The notes beneath the pieces were generated by a model. That model was not told where the DNA came from, did no database searches, and saw only the letters and a list, made by a program, of their open reading frames with translations. DNA of 64,000 nucleotides from contig OX597817.1 in assembly GCA_951406725.2 (NCBI GenBank), positions 51,088,001 through 51,152,000 on the forward strand, written 5' to 3'. The stretch comes from Octopus vulgaris. Taxonomy: Eukaryota. The position numbers and the translations under genes were made by a program. Shown piece by piece: positions 40,741 through 54,202 of this stretch (position 1 is the first letter of the stretch; each line of letters opens with the position of its first letter).

Positions 40741-41454
40741 CGTTAATATGTAATTGAACATTTAACTACTTCACTACTTACTGCTAAGGTGGCCAGCTAT
40801 TTGTTGATGCAGGTTGTCATTCTGTGTCTTATTTGTACCAGCTTATTTTTCTCTAGAACTCTTGTCCGTGGTTGCTGAAAGTTGGACAAACATAATTTTG
40901 ATTTTCAGGCTAATAGTGACATTAAGTTGTTCATCATTAATCAGTTTCCGTTTCGGAAAAAAAGAATAAAAACAATAAAAGTAGTAATTTGGGATTTCGC
41001 ACCACTTATGGCAACGGAGAATGGTCGCCATTTCTTTTACTAATCTGCCAAGCTGTTAATATTGCACTAATTTGTGCTCAACAAGTATGTGGCATCCAGA
41101 CTCTCTCTCTCTTGATCTCCTTTGTCCTTTGCAACTAACATAGCATCGGTTAGCAATTATGAATCTCAATTCTTTCCTTCACTACACATATAATGTTCAC
41201 AGACACAACTGTATGTGTATAGGTGAATTATACAAGCATCATTTGATTCTATTCTAACTGGCTACACATATAATTCAAACATGCTATGGGATATGTCACT
41301 CTGTCATATGAAGAATTTATGCTACGAATTACCAGAATTTAATTTTATTCTATCTGAATTGGATAGGCAAGTCACTGTGCAGATTTTGAATCACCGACAT
41401 TTATAAAGGAATATGTTCTTTCCACTAACAGATTGTTTTTTTCTATCAAGTACT

Positions 41455-41487
41455 GTATACACACATACACATATGCACACACACACA

Positions 41488-41583
<96 letters not shown>

Positions 41584-41606
41584 CATTTATATAGCTATAC
41601 ATTTAA

Positions 41607-41639
<33 letters not shown>

Positions 41640-41656
41640 CATTTATATAGCTATAC

Positions 41657-41687
<31 letters not shown>

Positions 41688-41796
41688 TACATACATTTAT
41701 ATAGCTATACATATAACTATATATATATACACATTTATATAGCTATACATATAAATATGTATATATATATATATATATACACACATTTATATAGGT

Positions 41797-41840
<44 letters not shown>

Positions 41841-42028
41841 TTATATAACTATACATATATATATATACATATATATACACATTTATATAACTATACATAT
41901 ATATATATACATATATATATATACACATTTATATAACTATACATATATATATATATACATAAATATACATATATATACATATATATATATATGTATGTAT
42001 ATATACATATAAATACGTATACACATAA

Positions 42029-42059
<31 letters not shown>

Positions 42060-42180
42060 TGTATATATACATATATATCCATATATACACAAATATATAT
42101 ATATATATATATGTATATACATGTATAAAATATATATATATATACATACATATACATATATATATACATATAAATACTAT
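41455..42180. repeat. (TA)n block containing a ~40-55-bp minisatellite
   Basis: catttatata(g/a)ctatacat recurs about eight times between 41584 and 41945. Confidence 0.9.
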
Positions 42181-42547
42181 ACATTATTCTTTAAATTAAT
42201 GCGGGTGCTGAGCTAGCTCTTATGTTTGTCTGTCTCAATATAGTCACTGTGACTGAAATCTACAGACGTGTGTGTGTGTTTTTCTATGTATGTGTTTGTT
42301 TGTGCGTATACATATGTAGACATACTGAAGTAAGTCGTGGATATTGGCGCTTCTATTCCTCCATCGTTTTTTCCTTTGAGAAGAGAAGTGAATGTACGAA
42401 ACATAAAAGAGATGTCTCTTTTTTTTCCCTCCATTGCCTGAGCTTCAACGTAATATAATCAGGGTTTCTTTGATTTTTTTTCATGTTTTAATAAAAAAAA
42501 ACCAGACAGGCAGATACATAGCCATGTAGACAGACATATAATCAAGT

Positions 42548-42777
<230 letters not shown>

Positions 42778-42899
42778 ATTTCACCAATTTACCGTTTGAT
42801 AAAATATCGTCTTTGAACGGTTTCTTAAAAATAATTATTTTTGAAATCTATATAGATTTCTTCAATTATATTTTAATCATTAAATGAAAAGAATTAATA

Positions 42900-43082
42900 A
42901 TGGAACCCGCCTACAAGGCCAAGCGCTGTTTATCATAATATGAGATCACAATGTCGCGCACACATGGTTGTGATGCATGTGCCTGGTGTATCCTTATCAG
43001 ACGGGTAGTCATGAGGGGTATACTGGGTTTCATATATTTTACCCCAATGTCACTTTGATGTCATGCATGGCTCTCTCACTCA
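42900..43082 (+). mobile_element. Unclassified retroelement 3' end with (AAT)n tail
   Basis: GC-richer 180-bp block ending ctctctcactc, followed directly by (AAT)n. Confidence 0.4.
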
Positions 43083-43091
43083 ATAATAATG

Positions 43092-43156
<65 letters not shown>

Positions 43157-43183
43157 AAGAATAATAAAAATGATAAAAATAAG

Positions 43184-43537
43184 CAGATCACAACGTGTCT
43201 CTAAAAGAAATGGAGAAATTTTCAAAATACAAAGACCTGGAAATAGAGGTAACTCGAATGTGAAATCTAAAAACAGAAACAATCCCTATCATAATAGGTG
43301 CATTAGGCATGACAAAAAATATTCAGACAAATACATAACAAAAACACCAGGACTTACAAACACATATAACATTCAGAAAATTGCACTAATGTGCACTGCA
43401 CACATCCTACGCAGAACACTTTCAATACAGTAACCATCAGAGCACATACCCAATCGCAGCACATACCCAAGGCACACAGAGCTGCGCTCGGTAGTGAAGT
43501 GACAGCACGTTATACAAATAAAACTACTGAATGATAC
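43184..43537 (+). mobile_element. R4/Dong-like non-LTR element 3' fragment (restriction-like endonuclease C-terminus)
   Basis: NVSLKEMEKFSKYKDLEIEVTRM*NLKTETIPIIIGALG...IQKIALMCTAHILRRTLSIQ*; embedded in (AAT)n. Confidence 0.8.
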
Positions 43538-43545
43538 TAATAGTA

Positions 43546-43613
<68 letters not shown>

Positions 43614-43627
43614 CATAATAATAATAA

Positions 43628-43833
43628 GCTTGTCTACTACCGGCACAAGGCCTTATATTTTGGTGGGAGAGGACTAGTCGATTACATCGACCCCAGTGTT
43701 TCACTGGCACTTTAGTCATAGACCCCGAAGGGATCAAAGACAATGTCTACCTTGGCGGAATTTGAACTCAGAACCTAGCGACGGGTGAAATACCGCTAAA
43801 TATGTCTTCCAGCGTGTTAACGGTTCTGCCAGT
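43628..43833 (-). mobile_element. SINE family A, tail type 2
   Basis: Reverse-complement match to 31129-31333; its tail runs into (AAT)n. Confidence 0.75.
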
Positions 43834-43861
43834 CTGATATGATCATAACGATAATAACGAT

Positions 43862-43903
43862 AAGAAGAAGTAGAAGAAGAAGAAGAAGAAGAAGAAGAAG
43901 AAG

Positions 43904-43976
<73 letters not shown>
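43862..43976. repeat. (GAA)n(GTA)n microsatellite
   Basis: Direct reading. Confidence 0.95.
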
Positions 43977-43977
<1 letters not shown>

Positions 43978-45214
43978 TTTTAATGGACATTGGATTATTA
44001 GCCGAGTGTGTTTCAAAATTACAGCAAACTGGTACGAACACGAACCGGAGGATGTCATAGAGAATGACCTCTGCATAAAGACTGAATCTGCGCTTGAAGC
44101 AAGGAAACCCAGATATGACTCTAGAGAACAAACTATATAAACACACTAGGAGCATGAATTTTACAAATCCCTATGAGAGAACAGTCGACACCACAGAGGT
44201 TGATAAAAACCACAAAAAAGAAATAGGAGAATCTAGCTAGAGGACTGAGGAGACGTGAAAGACTAAACGAAGACAGAAACATGCGTGTGTATGTTTGTGT
44301 GTGTGTGTGTGTGTGTCTCTGTGTGTGTGCACGCGCAGTGATACTTGTATGTGTAGATATACTTATTCACTTACTTATTGCCGTGTTTACCATTCGCCGA
44401 TGTATGCCATTGATACGGGGGTATATTTCAGCAGGACAGAAGCGGCACGTCGAAACAAAATGTTTTGTTACATATCCGACCTCACTTGTCTGGCGATAGC
44501 TTGTCTCATTTTCGTTCTGCAAACCAATGACTACAATGGTGCAAAATTACAACCAAGTACCTGTTCATAAATTGGGGCTCATTTTCCGATATGCTGCCGC
44601 CTAGGAAGAATTTATACGGTCGCAGATTATGACGAAATAATAGTTGAAATGAATGGAAACCAGAAAGTATGGATTGTACAGTAAATATAATCGTTTCTTG
44701 TGTTATCTGCGAACTTCATTTAAATTTAAAAGAAGAAGCGTACATATGGAAGGCAGGAAACTCAGAAGCAGTAATTATTTCTGGAAAGAAATTATATCAC
44801 AATACTATATTAGCAAAATGGGTGTTCTGCAAGCGAAATATATAATTAACTATATGATACTGATATAAAGTATTCTGTATAATCAACTCTCATAGTGTGT
44901 AAAATATGTAGAATATGTAATATAATAATTTTCATAATGCGTATTTGGGTTTTGTATGTGTTCATTTTGCGCGAAGAGATGAGTAAGCCATGATATGGGG
45001 GCTGACTCTACGTTTAAGACAGTAAAAATGAGTTCTCAGATGTTGTTCTGTCTCCAGGTGAGAGTCGGTTTAATGCTTTGTTTCACAGTAAACTGAACTT
45101 AATATACATGCTTTAGATTTTAAAATTCTGTACTGCAATATTTGCGGGAAAATCCATTTTAAGAAACACCTTTTGCATGTGGACAGACAGATATACAGAC
45201 TTATAGCTTACTAA

Positions 45215-45351
45215 ATAGATAGACAGATAGATAGATAGATATAGATAGAGAAATAGATAGATAGATAGAGATAGATAGATAGATAGATAAGTAGGTAGGT
45301 AGGTAGGTAGGTAGGTAGGTAGGTAGGTAGGTAGGTAGGTAGGTAGGTAGG
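45215..45351. repeat. (GATA)n(GGTA)n microsatellite
   Basis: Direct reading. Confidence 0.95.
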
Positions 45352-45354
45352 TCT

Positions 45355-46812
45355 GCTAAACTGGGAGCGTATCTACTTGACTTCTTAAAAGCTGTCAGGC
45401 ATTTGTTACTTTCTCTTGGGAAGTTCACATTCAGAGTGGAGGCCTGCAAGGAACTGTCCTGAAGCAATCATTGTTAATACCATCTCTTTAAAATGCTCAT
45501 CGTCACCCAGACAGCCAATATCACTCTACGCAGATGATAGGAAACTACCACAGAAAATACAGAAACCTGGCGATGCGGCAAATGTTCAGTGGGACCTATA
45601 TGCAACATAGAAGTGGGCTGAACAAAAACAACATGCAGCTTAATGATAGAAAACTTCAAGCCCCTCGCTACTAACTCAGAAATGCACTTTAGCCAGCATA
45701 TACACGACCTAAAGACAGAGAGAAACTTGGACATCAATGTGAATAAGGATCTCTCGTTTCATGTCCAAAGTTTGTTCTTGTTTGTTTGCTCTCGTGCCAT
45801 GCCCGGCTCATAAGGGCCGGTTTTCCAGTTTCATTGGCGTATAGGTTCCCCACTTGAACGGGACCTCGCTCCGTCGCAGGTGAGCTGCAAGATTCAGGAG
45901 GAAAGAGTGAGAGAAAGTTGTGGCGAAAGAGCCAGCAGCATTTCACCATTACCTTCTGCCGGAGCCATGTGGAATTTGGGTCTTTCACTCACAAGCACAC
46001 ACTACGCTCAGTCTGAGAAACGAACCAGCGATCACTCGACCGCAAGTAACCACTAGGCCATGTGCCTCCACTCAGGCGCACATTACTAAGGTAATATGGT
46101 AACAAAATGGTAGGATGGAAATGAAGTTCACTGACATTAATAGACCATGAAGTTTTGTTGACCCTGTAGAAGACCTTTATCCTAATCAAATGGACAACTG
46201 GTCTCTTAAAACTGCTTAGTGACAAACTAAGAGCAGTGTTTGCTGCAATTCAATGCTACTACACTAAAGAGATTGCAGCAGTTCAGTATCCGAACTACCG
46301 GGGAAAGATAAAAACCAAAGATTTTATCACTGGAACGAAGACGCGAGTATTCTACGATGGATGTGGAAAATTCTGCTAGTACTGCTACCGAACACTGTTA
46401 TATTAATACCCATACTGAACACCATTAAGTAGTACCAAAGGTACAGTCCACCCTACCAAAATGAAGACCAGGTGCCGTAATTGCATGAGGTTCAAAGGCT
46501 CACAGATCTTCAATGCATTACCAAAATAATTAAGAAACCTACGTATGTGGACGAGGATGTCTACAAACAGAAATTGGACAATGTACTATTTACGATATCA
46601 GTGGAACCAGAATATTGGCATGAAGTACAGACACGTATGAATGTGTATAACACCCCACCCCCATACACTAAATGAGGTTGCAACCAGAAATAAAGATTCG
46701 AGGTATCAAAATCCCATCACTCTGAAGAAATCGACCACATATCAGTACTGAGGAATCGGTGCAAAATTACGGTGGTGATACAGTATGACCGCATGACTGA
46801 AACACATAAAAG
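45355..46812 (+). mobile_element. Old CR1-group LINE remnant (RT motifs to 3' end), interrupted by a SINE
   Basis: SGGLQGTVL and SLYADDRKL RT motifs, IQCYYTKEIA, VDEDVYKQKLDNVL; tail ggtggtgatacagtatgaccgcatgactgaaac. Confidence 0.75.
45770..46070 (-). mobile_element. SINE with family C head and V-domain-like body, inserted in a CR1 remnant
   Basis: Diverged C head; body cctgcgacggagcgaggtcccgttcaag...gaaactggaaaaccggccc; (caaa)n tail. Confidence 0.65.
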
Positions 46813-46857
46813 CAATACACACACGCACACGCTCACAAACATACACATATATACATA

Positions 46858-47030
46858 GCTGGAATTTACAAAAACAGAAAGACGAAGACAGGTGTGTAAA
46901 CAACAAACAGATGTATTAGTTTAACGCTCGGGATGGTGACAAAATCTTTTACGTTTCGAGTCTAGGCTCTTCCCCAAGAAGGAACGCGAGCAAGTAAACA
47001 GGGAGAGAATAAAAAAAGCTTTAATGGCTA
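46858..47030 (-). mobile_element. Penelope-like terminal-repeat fragment, related to 12707-12900
   Basis: Minus strand gaagagcctagactcgaaacgtaa...cccgagcgttaaactaatac...tgtttgttgttt resembles the 12781-12890 segment. Confidence 0.4.
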
Positions 47031-47312
47031 GCGGTCAATATACATACATACATACATACATACATACATACATACATACATACATACATACATACATACA
47101 TGCATACATGAAGGTGTTCCTGAAAAAAGAAACAAAATATCGTCAAATTTAATTCATTTAGCCCGAACACGTATGTATGCATGCATGTATGTATGTATGT
47201 ATGTATGTATGTATGTATGTATGTATGTATGTATGTATGTATGTATGTATGATGTATGTATGTATGTATGTATGTATGTATGTATGTATGTATGTATGTA
47301 TGTATGTATGTA

Positions 47313-48030
47313 TACAGCATGTTTGAGCAAAATTTGACGATATTTTATATCCCTTTTTCAGAAAAATCTTCGTGAACTGTCAGTAGCGTGCTGTTGAGGA
47401 AAATTAGTTAACATGGAAGATGGGAAGCCCACTGAATACTGGAAAAAAATTACGTGTGTCATGATGATTCACACCAGTTCGCAAAATACGGCATCATGAC
47501 TGCTGCTCAATACTCTGTGAACACTGCAAAGGCTGTAAGAAGTGACATGGATATCTGTAACGGAGACTGCAAAGCGATGAGCAGGGGTTTTTCGATGTAC
47601 TTCCATTAAGAGTGATGTCATGCCACGACACATAGTTGAAAAGAGCCATAGGCTCAGCTCAGAGGGTTTATTGTGAAGCTGTTGGAGACCATGGGCAAAC
47701 TCTGGCCGGAGAGAATTGCTGCTGGAAGACTGTGTATGTGGTTGCAGTATTTGGCACCTGGAAAGTGTGTCATCGAAGAATTTCTACGATTTCACCAGCG
47801 CCAGCTTCTGGCTTCTTAATTCTACGGATTGTGATATCATGCGTTACTATGTGCGTGACACGGTTGAGAAAGACCCTGATTAATTTGCCTGTAACAAGAC
47901 CAAGTTGGCGACCAAAAGCAATAAAGTGCTCGGTGATCGTCCCAAGGTCAGTGTGTAACGCATGAACCACGTTACCGAGCCTCCTTAAGGCCGTGGTGAA
48001 AGGTGATAGTGGCTAGTTTGCAAAAACCGT
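47313..48030 (+). mobile_element. Decayed Tc1/mariner-superfamily transposon (maT/DD37D-like)
   Basis: LLETMGKLWPERIAAGRLCMWLQYLAP resembles the xxQQDxAPxH region; FWLLNSTDCDIMRYYVRDTVEK resembles WPPNSPDxNPxDYxVW; LKAVVKGDSG resembles the LEAVVxAxGG C-terminus. Confidence 0.65.
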
Positions 48031-48307
48031 TATCTCTTAGCCATAATCATAAATTTAGATTATAATTATATAGATTTTAATTTTAGATGCGATATTGTGT
48101 CTTTTTATGTCTTTTTTTGCCTTTCTGTCTTTTCCCCTTTTATGTATATATATATATAATTGCTATATATCCGTTGCATCGGAAATCTGCAATGGCTCCA
48201 TAATCCTATCTCAGCTATAACCTTGGAGCCCCCAGTAATCCGATACAGCACTTACCTAGCGTACCTAATCGTTTTGGTCACCTGTAAACTAAACCCCATA
48301 ATTTGTG

Positions 48308-48373
<66 letters not shown>

Positions 48374-48526
48374 TATATTCCTTCATATAAATGTATATAT
48401 ATATATACATATATATATATACCTGTGTGTTTGTGTACGTGTGTATGCGTATCTGTATTTGTGTGCGTGGGTAGATATATATATATATGTATAGATACAT
48501 ACATACATATATATGTACATATTTGT

Positions 48527-48572
<46 letters not shown>

Positions 48573-49502
48573 GTAGTTACATAGGAAGTGCATCCCCCTC
48601 CTATAATTTTGGCATTTCGATTCTTTTACTCTCCTCCGCTCACCACAGTGAATACACACACATACATTTGTAAGTGTGTTTGTTTGTGTGTGCGCGTACG
48701 TACGTGCGTGCGTATTTGCATATGTGTGTGCATGTGTATGCGCGCGTGTTTGTCTGTGTGCGTGTGTGTTTGTGCATATGTGTGTATGTGTGCGAAGACC
48801 TTAAATTTCAATTTTAAAACCATTATTATAAGGGCGTCTATATTCCTAGTGCAACCAAAAATCCTATTAAATATTTTGCCATTATTTATGGAATAGAATT
48901 TTCATTTTTGCTTTATTTCTTTGCCAATAAATTATGACATGGGAAAATTAGATCCAACTTTTATTTAAAAGTTGCATTATTAAACATATATAAATATACA
49001 GATAATCGAATATGATCTTATGTATCTGTTTGGTTATACATTGGATTGTCAAATAAGTTCCTTCGTTTTTTTCCGACATCAATCTTCGTTCTTTCCAATG
49101 TTATTAGAATTAACACGAAAATCCATTTATCGTTTTAGATTTATCGTTTATTTTTAGGGTTATTTTTCGAAACCTGCCCATGTCAACTTCTCTCAACTTA
49201 TAGCGATCACTTAAATAAATACCACTTCAGTATTGGTAGATCTTGCAAGGTAAAGGAGCACTTAGTTGTTCCTCAGAATGTTGTAGGCAGTGACTGGAGG
49301 TTATTGACAAAGTGCAACGAAGCAGAAATGTATCGGGATTCCACGCCATCCGCTGCTGGGAGGACGTTCGCCTGCCCTTGATACACATATATAAAATCTT
49401 TAAACATGGTTCGTCCGTAGTTGATATCGCCGTGTGAATACTGCAGCAAATTTGTTTTTTCACGAGCATGATATATACATACACATTGTATTATTTATGT
49501 GT

Positions 49503-49915
<413 letters not shown>

Positions 49916-50639
49916 GTATGTAAATATATATATATATATATATATGTATGTGTATGTATGTATGTATATATAAATGTGCATAATTGTATATGTAGAATCG
50001 CACATGTATATACACACATATATATATATATATATTAGGTTGCCTGTTTCTGGATGCTCGCCAGAGTGTAGAAAATTATATAAATATATGGTGGAAAATC
50101 GTATTTAGTGGTGAAGGGTTTTCCAGAAAGGATTAAGTGAAATTATTTAGCATTGACAGAAAAGACAGACAGTTTGAAATAAACAAAATAATAGGTATAA
50201 ACCAAAAAAATAATTTCAGAGAATAATTAAGGGGAAGATATTCCATAAATGAATAAATCGTGAAGATGAACAAACGGAGAGTATGTAGAGAGAAGTTGAG
50301 CAGAAAGAAGAAGAAATGCATTAAAAATATAACGTAAGAGATGTGGAAAGAGTGAAAGGAGAAAAGGAAACACAAAAGATGTAAGCAAAAAATATTTGAG
50401 AAAATGTAATTAATTCTATGAAGAATGTTGTTCGTTAATAGCTAAAGTATAGGTTAGTTTTCGATAATGGAGTTTGTAATGTAGAAATGCATGACGACTT
50501 TGGATAAGGTTCGTTATGTGTGAGTGTTTGTTTGACAGTGTCCGATCAGTATGTTTTTATGAATCCGGTAACTTTTACTTATCGGGTGTTTCCAAATGCA
50601 TTTATACTTAAACGTGCTTACACGTGATCATATGTACAG

Positions 50640-51240
50640 ATTGGCGGCGTGGTAAGTAGCTGGCCTCCCAACCACATGGTTCCGAGTAGTGGGACTTTGG
50701 AAGGGGGGCGGGGTTCTTCTATATTCTCGGGTCGACCAAACCCTTGTAAGTGAACTTGCTAGAAAAGAAACTGAAAGAAGCCCGCCGTGTGTATATAGAT
50801 AAATAGAGAGAGAGAGAGAGAGATAGAGAGAGAGACTCAAGGCACCAAGGCCCGAAATTTATGGAGAGTATGCAACTGGTACTTAATTTATCGACTGCGA
50901 AACGTTGAAAGTCAAAGTCGAATTTGAACTCAGAGCACGAAGACTGATGAAATACCGCTAAACATTTCACACGTTGTGCTAACGTTTCTGCCAGTTCGCC
51001 GCCTTAGATAGATATAAATGAAGATATGAGTGTGAGTGTCTGTGTGTGCGACTGTGGTTGTCTCCACCGCCACTCGACGAGTGGTACTGGTTTGTTTACG
51101 TCCCCGTAACTTAGCGATTTGGCAAAAGAGACCAATAAGATAAGTACGAAGCTTCACAAAAGAAAGTACTCGATTGCTTTGTTCAAGGCAGTGCTCCAGG
51201 TTGGCCGCATTCTAATGACAAATAGCAGATATAAAATAAA
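50640..51240 (+). mobile_element. SINE family B split by a family A insertion
   Basis: Head 50640-50790 and 3' half 51030-51240. Confidence 0.7.
50836..51006 (-). mobile_element. SINE family A, nested in the internal microsatellite of a family B SINE
   Basis: Family A head at 51006; family B sequence on both sides. Confidence 0.7.
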
Positions 51241-51276
<36 letters not shown>

Positions 51277-51894
51277 ATACACCTATTGTTTCTCTTTCTC
51301 TCTCTCTCTGTCTTTCTTTATATATATACACACAGTTTTAGAATTGAAACATTTCTATATATGTATCTTTCATTATATCTCAACGCTTCTAAAGCAAACT
51401 TTATTTGCTGACTTGCGATGTAAGTTGAATTTAACGTACGATAGCGTCTTATAAAGCTAGATTTATATATCCTAAAACTGCAGAAGAATTTGTCGCTGGG
51501 CAGTTTAGCTTATTTAATATATATATATATATATATGTAAGTCTAGTAAAATTCAGTGTATAGATACAAACCTCAACCATTCAACCACTGGGCTATGTAG
51601 AAACAGTTCCTGTCCACTCAACTATTTGTGTTCGTTTGTCTGTGTAAGAATATGCATATCCATAGAGTATGCCCACCAATGCTGAATGGTACATGGATGT
51701 AAATCTGGGTATGCTGTAGGTTTAATCCTTTCAGCATTTACATTGTGACTAGATTAGAACGCAGGCTGTCAGGTACTCTCATGTTTGTCTGACTTATCAG
51801 ATACCCCATTAATATAGGGTTTGTAAGGCATCTTTCATCATTTTCCGTGCAAAGCTAATAATTCCTAGGGTGGCAGCTATTTAAAGGAACACTC

Positions 51895-52693
51895 TTTTCT
51901 TTTCTAGGCACAAGGCACAAGGACCGAAATTTGGAGAGGGGCCAGCGGATTAGATCCAACCAAGTACGCGACTGGTACTTAACTCATCAACTCCGAATGG
52001 ATGAAAAACAAAGGCGACCTGGCCGCAATTTGAACTCAGAACATAAAGACAGACGAAATACTGCTAAGCATTTCACCTGGCGTGCTAACGTTTCTTATTT
52101 CTTTATTGCCCAGAAGGGGCTAAACATACAGGGGACAAACATGGACAAACAGATTAATTCGATTATATCGATCCCGGTGCGTAACTAGTACTTAATTCAT
52201 CGACCTCGAAAGAATGAAAGGGAAAGTCGACATCGGCGGAATTTGAGCTCAGAACCTAACGGCAGACGAAATACCTATTTCTTTACTAACCACAAGGGGC
52301 TAAACACAGAGAGGACAAACAAGGACAGACAAACGGATTAAGCCGATTATATCGACCCCAGTGCGTAACTGGTACCTATTTAATCGACCCTGAATGGATG
52401 AAAGGCAAAGTCGACCTCGGCGTAATTTGAACTCAGAACGTAACGACAGACGAAATACCTATTTCTTTACTACCCACAAGGGGCCAAACACAGAGGGGAC
52501 AAACAAGGATAGGCAAACGGATTAAGCTGATTACATCGACCCCAGTGCGTAACTGGTACTTAATTTATCGACCCCGAAAGGACGAAAGGCACAGTCGACC
52601 TCGGCGAAATTTGAACTCAGAACGTAACGACAGACGAAATACCGCTAAGCAATTCGCCCGCCGTTCTAACGTTTCTGCCAGCTCGCCGCTTTC
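51895..52693 (-). mobile_element. Composite family A SINE: three tail-1 units plus one tail-2 unit
   Basis: One complete head, three ~184-bp tandem units, then a 5'-truncated tail-2 copy; atttaaaggaa flanks both ends. Confidence 0.85.
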
Positions 52694-53019
52694 ATTTAAA
52701 GGAATATTGTATCAGTCGTATCACCTCCTCCACCCTTTTACCACAATCGATACTCTTAAGTTCATTTCGGCATTCTTAACTCTAGCTGCATCATTGCACA
52801 AGCCTGGAGACAATATTAGTCGATTAAATAGACAAGAGTACTTGTTTAATACTAAACTTTGTGGACCCCGGAAGAATTACAGGTAATGTTGACCAAGGCA
52901 GGATTTGAACTATGTATGTTATGATTCCATATTAAATGTGCTATGTATTACAAAATTATGCCTATCCATCTTCACGTTTTATAGGAAGGTGATGTAATAG
53001 TGAACACCTACTACATACC

Positions 53020-53251
53020 TATTTCTTTACTATCCACAAGGGGCTAAACACAGATGAGACAAACAAGGACAGACAGACGGATTAATTCGATTATATCGAC
53101 CCCAGTGTGTAACTGGTACTTAATTTATCGACCGCTAAAGGATGAAAGGCAAAGTCGACTTCGGCGGAACTTGAACTCAGAACGTAGCGAAAACGAAATA
53201 CTGCTAAGCATTTGGCCCGGTGTGCTAACGTTTCTGCCAGCTCGCCGCCTT
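53020..53251 (-). mobile_element. SINE family A, tail type 1, with 17-bp TSD
   Basis: aacacctactacatacc at 53003-53019 and 53252-53268. Confidence 0.9.
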
Positions 53252-54174
53252 AACACCTACTACATACCCTTAAGCGTTGCAGGATAGACGCGAAAACACA
53301 CATTTTACTGCATAGAATTATACTCAATTCTCTAACGACGGCTTCTTCTCTACAGGTCTGCTTTACTTTCACTTTCGAGTGTAAGAAAGAGGAACAAGTA
53401 ATTTATAATTTTAGACTTGTTACCAGTGTATGACGTTTTCTCATTGTAATTAGATGAACATAATTCGTAGTGGAAGGCACATAGCAAGGCACTAGAAGCA
53501 CTTGCTTCATGTTAAACACAAACAACCCACATTTTGATCGGAGTTAAATTCCTACTGTAATTGAAGTTTACTTTCCATAAAGTCTCAGCCGATTAATTAA
53601 ATGCCGAAACTCTAATCAGATAAATTTAGTTGTCTAAACTTCTGTACGCGTTTGTAGTCTTCTGGAATATTTACGAATCAATATTATTTCATTTTATTAC
53701 CAATATCATTTTGCAATTCGATAAGCAGTCAATAAACTATTAATATACGTAACTATTATTACTGCTTCATTGATTTAATGCTGTGAATTGTTAAAAGTAG
53801 TTTAATAACCATGGTGGTATGTCTGGTCATTCTGATCACTTTGTTTTACTGCAATGGTTTCAATGTGTACGTTTACAAAAGGAATATGGAATAGTGGAAA
53901 CAGAGGTGTAGTCATGTAGTAGGTAATATAATAAGGTTAATTCTATGTAAGACTATATGCTCCATTCATTCTCTTAGATAAATATAATTTGAACAATTCT
54001 GAAGTGAATAAGAGTTTAAGAATGGTTATCTGATGCGATAGGAACTTTACTGATACTATCTTCAAGAACTGATATTATCTTCAAGAATTTTCAAAGAATT
54101 GCAGAACAGTTCTGTCATATCAAATCCTATTTTAATTTAATTTTATATATCACTAACCTAATTTGCGTTTTCAG

Positions 54175-54202
54175 GATATACCATGTTCTTACTGCATTGA
54201 AG
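54175..54202 (+). other. Putative 28-nt microexon of an unidentified transcript
   Basis: Branch point CACTAAC (54151), tttgcgttttCAG acceptor, AAG/GTGAGT donor. Confidence 0.5.

Noticed and set aside
45041-45063. Recursive splice site or 18-nt microexon (ttctgtctccAG/GTGAGA)
   Set aside because: The donor is suboptimal, there is no clear branch point, and it lies next to decayed SINE-like sequence; chance is likely.
51895-52693. CRISPR-like array
   Set aside because: The units are ~184-bp SINE bodies without unique spacers; eukaryotic context and no cas genes.
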